From Promethearchaeota archaeon (GTDB taxonomy: Archaea > Asgardarchaeota > Lokiarchaeia > Sigyniarchaeales > SOKP01), in the NCBI GenBank assembly GCA_048938025.1, contig JBHLMP010000026.1:1-18499 (forward strand): a stretch of 18,499 nucleotides of DNA, in the 5' to 3' direction. A model generated the notes under the pieces. The model searched no databases and was not told where the DNA came from. It saw nothing but the letters and a program-made list of their open reading frames with translations. Within the stretch, counting starts at the first letter, position 1. Every line of letters begins with the position of its first letter. A program made the translations under genes and the position numbers. This document shows, in pieces, positions 15,570 to 18,499 of this stretch.

Positions 15570-16655
15570 TTATAAATACTTTTCTGCTACTTGATTAAAC
15601 GCATCTAAAAATTTTTCATTATCCTCTTTGGTCCCAATTGTTACTCTAATATAATTATAAAGTCCTGGTTTACTAAAATGCCTTATAAGTATCTTCATCT
15701 CCTTTAGATCCCAGATAAACTTTAATGTTTTAGATTCATCTTCAAATTTTACGAAAATAAAGTTAGCATCTGAAGGTAATACAGAAATTCCAGGAAATTT
15801 ATCTAGTTCCTTAATTAGTCGCTCTCTTTCTTCTATGATCTTTTTATTCTGTTCATATATTTTAGTTCTATGTTTAATGCAAGATAATGCAGCAACTTGT
15901 CCTAAATAATTTGTATTATAAGGCAATTTAACTCTATTCATTTCTTTAATAATACTGGGATCTGCTAAAGCATACCCGATTCTTAAAGATGCAAGTGAAA
16001 AACTTTTTGAAAAGCTGCGAATTACTATTAAATTCTTAACTTTTTTTAGCAATGGCAAACTTGTTTTGTCTGAGAAATCCGCATAAGCTTCGTCTACAAC
16101 AATAATACCCGGAAAATTCCCGCAGAGTTTTAGGATTGCCGCATTACCAAATGATTGACCATTAGGGTTATTAGGTGAATTAATAAATAATAATTTTCCC
16201 TTTGCTGAATAAGCAGATTCTGGTATTGAAAAATCATTATTTAATTTTAATTCATTAATTTTTGCATTATAAAGTGTAGCTAATACCTTATATAGACCAT
16301 ATGTGGGATAAAAAATAACAATTTCATCACCAGGGTCAATAAAGACCTTGAAAATAACATCCAAAATCTCATCAGAACCATTACCAATAAATATTGAATT
16401 TCTATTAGTTAAAGTATCTTTATCACTTAATAACACAGAAAGCACCAACTTTCGAAGCTCAAATGATGTTGGATCGGGATAGCGTCTGATATTTGCATTT
16501 ACAGCCTTTTTAATATCATTTAAAATTTCCGGAAGAGGGGGATAGGGGTTTTCATTTGTGTTTAATACAACCCAATCATCATCGGGGGGTTGTTCTTCGG
16601 TTTCGTAAGTAGAATAATTCTTAAGATTATTTCTTACTAATTCATTTAAATCCAT
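15570..16655 (-). CDS. hisC: Histidinol-phosphate aminotransferase
   Basis: LNTNENPY, RYPDP, GNGSDEIL, SPNNPNG, VVDEAY, RSFSKSFSLASLRIGY (PLP Lys), PSDANF, IRVTIGT. Confidence 0.92.
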   Translation of the reverse strand: MDLNELVRNNLKNYSTYETEEQPPDDDWVVLNTNENPYPPLPEILNDIKKAVNANIRRYPDPTSFELRKLVLSVLLSDKDTLTNRNSIFIGNGSDEILDVIFKVFIDPGDEIVIFYPTYGLYKVLATLYNAKINELKLNNDFSIPESAYSAKGKLLFINSPNNPNGQSFGNAAILKLCGNFPGIIVVDEAYADFSDKTSLPLLKKVKNLIVIRSFSKSFSLASLRIGYALADPSIIKEMNRVKLPYNTNYLGQVAALSCIKHRTKIYEQNKKIIEERERLIKELDKFPGISVLPSDANFIFVKFEDESKTLKFIWDLKEMKILIRHFSKPGLYNYIRVTIGTKEDNEKFLDAFNQVAEKYL

Positions 16656-16774
16656 ATCTTTTACCCTTTATAGGTTTGAAAATTTTAATTTTTTTGAGAA
16701 TATCATAATAACTCGATAATTTATGCTAGAGAATAATATAATTTAATTTTTGTCTTTTGTTCTCTCTTAACCTT

Positions 16775-17740
16775 TCAATCAAAATATTCTTCAATTTTGT
16801 CATCCATATTTAATATAAGAGCAATGGTTTGAGAAAGTTCATTATCAGAAATGTCGTCTTTATTAGACAATTTTCTCGCAAGTCCTTGATATTTTTTTTT
16901 TATTAAGGGAGATGATAAATTAGTAAGTTTTTGAGTAAAGGAGTAAAGATTTAAATAGGCTTCATTATAATCACCTTCTTTTAGAGACTTTTTTCCTAGT
17001 TGATTTACTGCTTCTGTTAATAAGGTCTTCACTTTCTTTAGGAAAAAATTCAACTTGATTTTTGCATCTTCTATTGTTTCTCTTAAAATTTTTGCTTCAT
17101 TCTTATATTTAATGGACCCATCATAATCTTTGACATTTTCAGAGATTTCAATTAATTTTTCAATTATAGTTAATTTTTGAAAGTAATTATTTACCCTTTT
17201 TAATCTGGAAATTAAATAGTCTCTTTCTTTGATCAAATTTAGTTTTGATTGTTCAGATACTTCTCTTTTTTGTGAGGAGATCGACTTTAAAATTTTTTTA
17301 ATATTAAAATCTTTGATTGATCCTGAACCAGATTCTCCTAGTAATTGTTTTTTTGAATAAATTAGATCGGTTAACGGTTGATCTAAAATTAAAAACTCAT
17401 TTACATCAGCACGCCATTCAATAAATAATTCTTTATGATTTAGAATGATCTTGATAATCTTTAGAAAAAGTCTCTTTAAGAGTTTGTAATCTTCTTTATC
17501 GGCAATTATAACTAAGTCTGAATTTGTATCTGGAACTAATGATGTAAATATAATATAATCTCCTAATTCAATCGTTCTTAATTCTTTTGAGCCCTCAAGT
17601 AAAATTTCTGAAATATATGATTTTATTGCAGAAAAAAAAGCACCGAACATTTCCATCTTTCCATTACTAACATCTTGAAAGACTTTATTATAAAGAAGTA
17701 GCCCAGACTCTCTTTGATAAAGAAATAAGGAATAAATCAC
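16775..17740 (-). CDS. Longin-like domain protein with helical C-terminal region
   Basis: MIYSLFLYQRESGLLLYNKVF...MFGAFFSAIKSYISEIL...LRTIELGDYIIF...DLVIIAD matches the longin pattern of Asgard proteins and TRAPP/AP-sigma subunits; C-terminus is all-helical; GTG start. Confidence 0.72.
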   Translation of the reverse strand: MIYSLFLYQRESGLLLYNKVFQDVSNGKMEMFGAFFSAIKSYISEILLEGSKELRTIELGDYIIFTSLVPDTNSDLVIIADKEDYKLLKRLFLKIIKIILNHKELFIEWRADVNEFLILDQPLTDLIYSKKQLLGESGSGSIKDFNIKKILKSISSQKREVSEQSKLNLIKERDYLISRLKRVNNYFQKLTIIEKLIEISENVKDYDGSIKYKNEAKILRETIEDAKIKLNFFLKKVKTLLTEAVNQLGKKSLKEGDYNEAYLNLYSFTQKLTNLSSPLIKKKYQGLARKLSNKDDISDNELSQTIALILNMDDKIEEYFD

Positions 17741-18020
17741 GCTTAGATTTAAATGAAAATATACATAAAAATTTTTTTAAATTAATTTTTGTTTTATATA
17801 CAACTAAAGAATCGAATATTTTAAGCTTTTTTTCACTTCTAAATTAGATTAATATATTCTAATAACTTAGAAAATTTACAGAAAAAGCATTTTAAAATGT
17901 ATATTTCTTAATTATCGTTGATTGAAAATTCGCTTAATGAAAACTCAATTTTTAAATTTATTAAAACTATTAATTTTATATTAAGATAGTAACAACTAAA
18001 ATACTTATAATTAAAGAGAG

Positions 18021-18499
18021 GTGTTCGCGGCGCCAAGTTTTGGGCTAATGTTCAACGTAGAGGAGGGAGGAGTAAGCACTCCTATTGAATGGTCAAAAGA
18101 AAGTCTTACAGATGATCGTTCTGTTATAATTTTAGACGAATCAAGTCAAGCGATTTGGTTATGGCATGGAGCAAAACAAGGATTAGTAGCACGTCGAACT
18201 GCTTTAAGACAAGCTGAATCACTTAAGGGCCATGGTTATACAGTGGGAAAAAGCATTCTTGGACGAGATATAAAAGAGATTTATGAAATTGATCAAAGAA
18301 AAATTGGTAGGGATCCAGAAACAGACAAATTCAATACAGAATTTCAGAAAGTATTTAATAGAACATACAAGGAATTGGATGATTTTATAATTACTTTTGA
18401 TTTGAAAGAAATAATAATACCTGCTTCTAAACCAGCAGTAAAAGAAGAGGTTAAACCAATACCTAAACCTGAGCCAATGCCAGAACCTAAACCTGAGCC
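18021..18499 (+). CDS. Gelsolin-like domain protein with Pro/Glu/Lys-rich linker (partial, runs off the right edge; not in the ORF track)
   Basis: Frame open from GTG 18021 (alternative ATG 18048) to the window end: ..FNVEEGGVSTPIEWSKESLTDDRSVIILDESSQAIWLWHGAKQGLVARRTALRQAESLK..KPIPKPEPMPEPKPE. The SL....VIILD....IWLWHG pattern followed by a long helix is the gelsolin repeat signature. Confidence 0.82.
   Translation, partial: MFAAPSFGLMFNVEEGGVSTPIEWSKESLTDDRSVIILDESSQAIWLWHGAKQGLVARRTALRQAESLKGHGYTVGKSILGRDIKEIYEIDQRKIGRDPETDKFNTEFQKVFNRTYKELDDFIITFDLKEIIIPASKPAVKEEVKPIPKPEPMPEPKPE
18461..18499 (+). repeat. Coding tandem repeat (PKPEP), 24-nt period
   Basis: ACCTAAACCTGAGCC occurs at 18461-18475 and at 18485-18499. 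Confidence 0.8.

Noticed and set aside
18461-18499. Terminal repeat as the start of a CRISPR array
   Set aside because: The 24-nt period is in frame and encodes PKPEP; no spacer-length structure or cas genes.

Overview
AT-rich, densely coding chromosomal segment, most likely from an Asgard archaeon (Lokiarchaeia-like). This is inferred from ribosomal protein eS25, an intron-containing tRNA-Ser(CGA) without encoded CCA, GGAGGTG/GTGA-type Shine-Dalgarno sites, oligo-T terminators, several longin-like proteins, a HEAT+LRR protein and a gelsolin-like protein. Metabolic genes are a PfkB kinase, a form IV RuBisCO-like protein, a GH36 alpha-galactosidase and hisC. Most notable: (1) a full-length-looking homologue of the eukaryotic 18S rRNA m7G methyltransferase Bud23/WBSCR22, divergent from rps25e; (2) a 1433-aa single-pass LamG surface glycoprotein translationally coupled (TAATG) to a cytoplasmic protein with a predicted uDENN/NPRL2-like longin domain plus tandem winged helices, a candidate receptor-to-small-GTPase-regulator module; (3) a tRNA intron with a degenerate BHB motif; (4) a gelsolin-domain gene with a Pro-rich linker at the right edge, missing from the ORF track. 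No CRISPR array or mobile element was seen. All family calls come from motif recognition by eye and recalled reference sequences, not from database searches.
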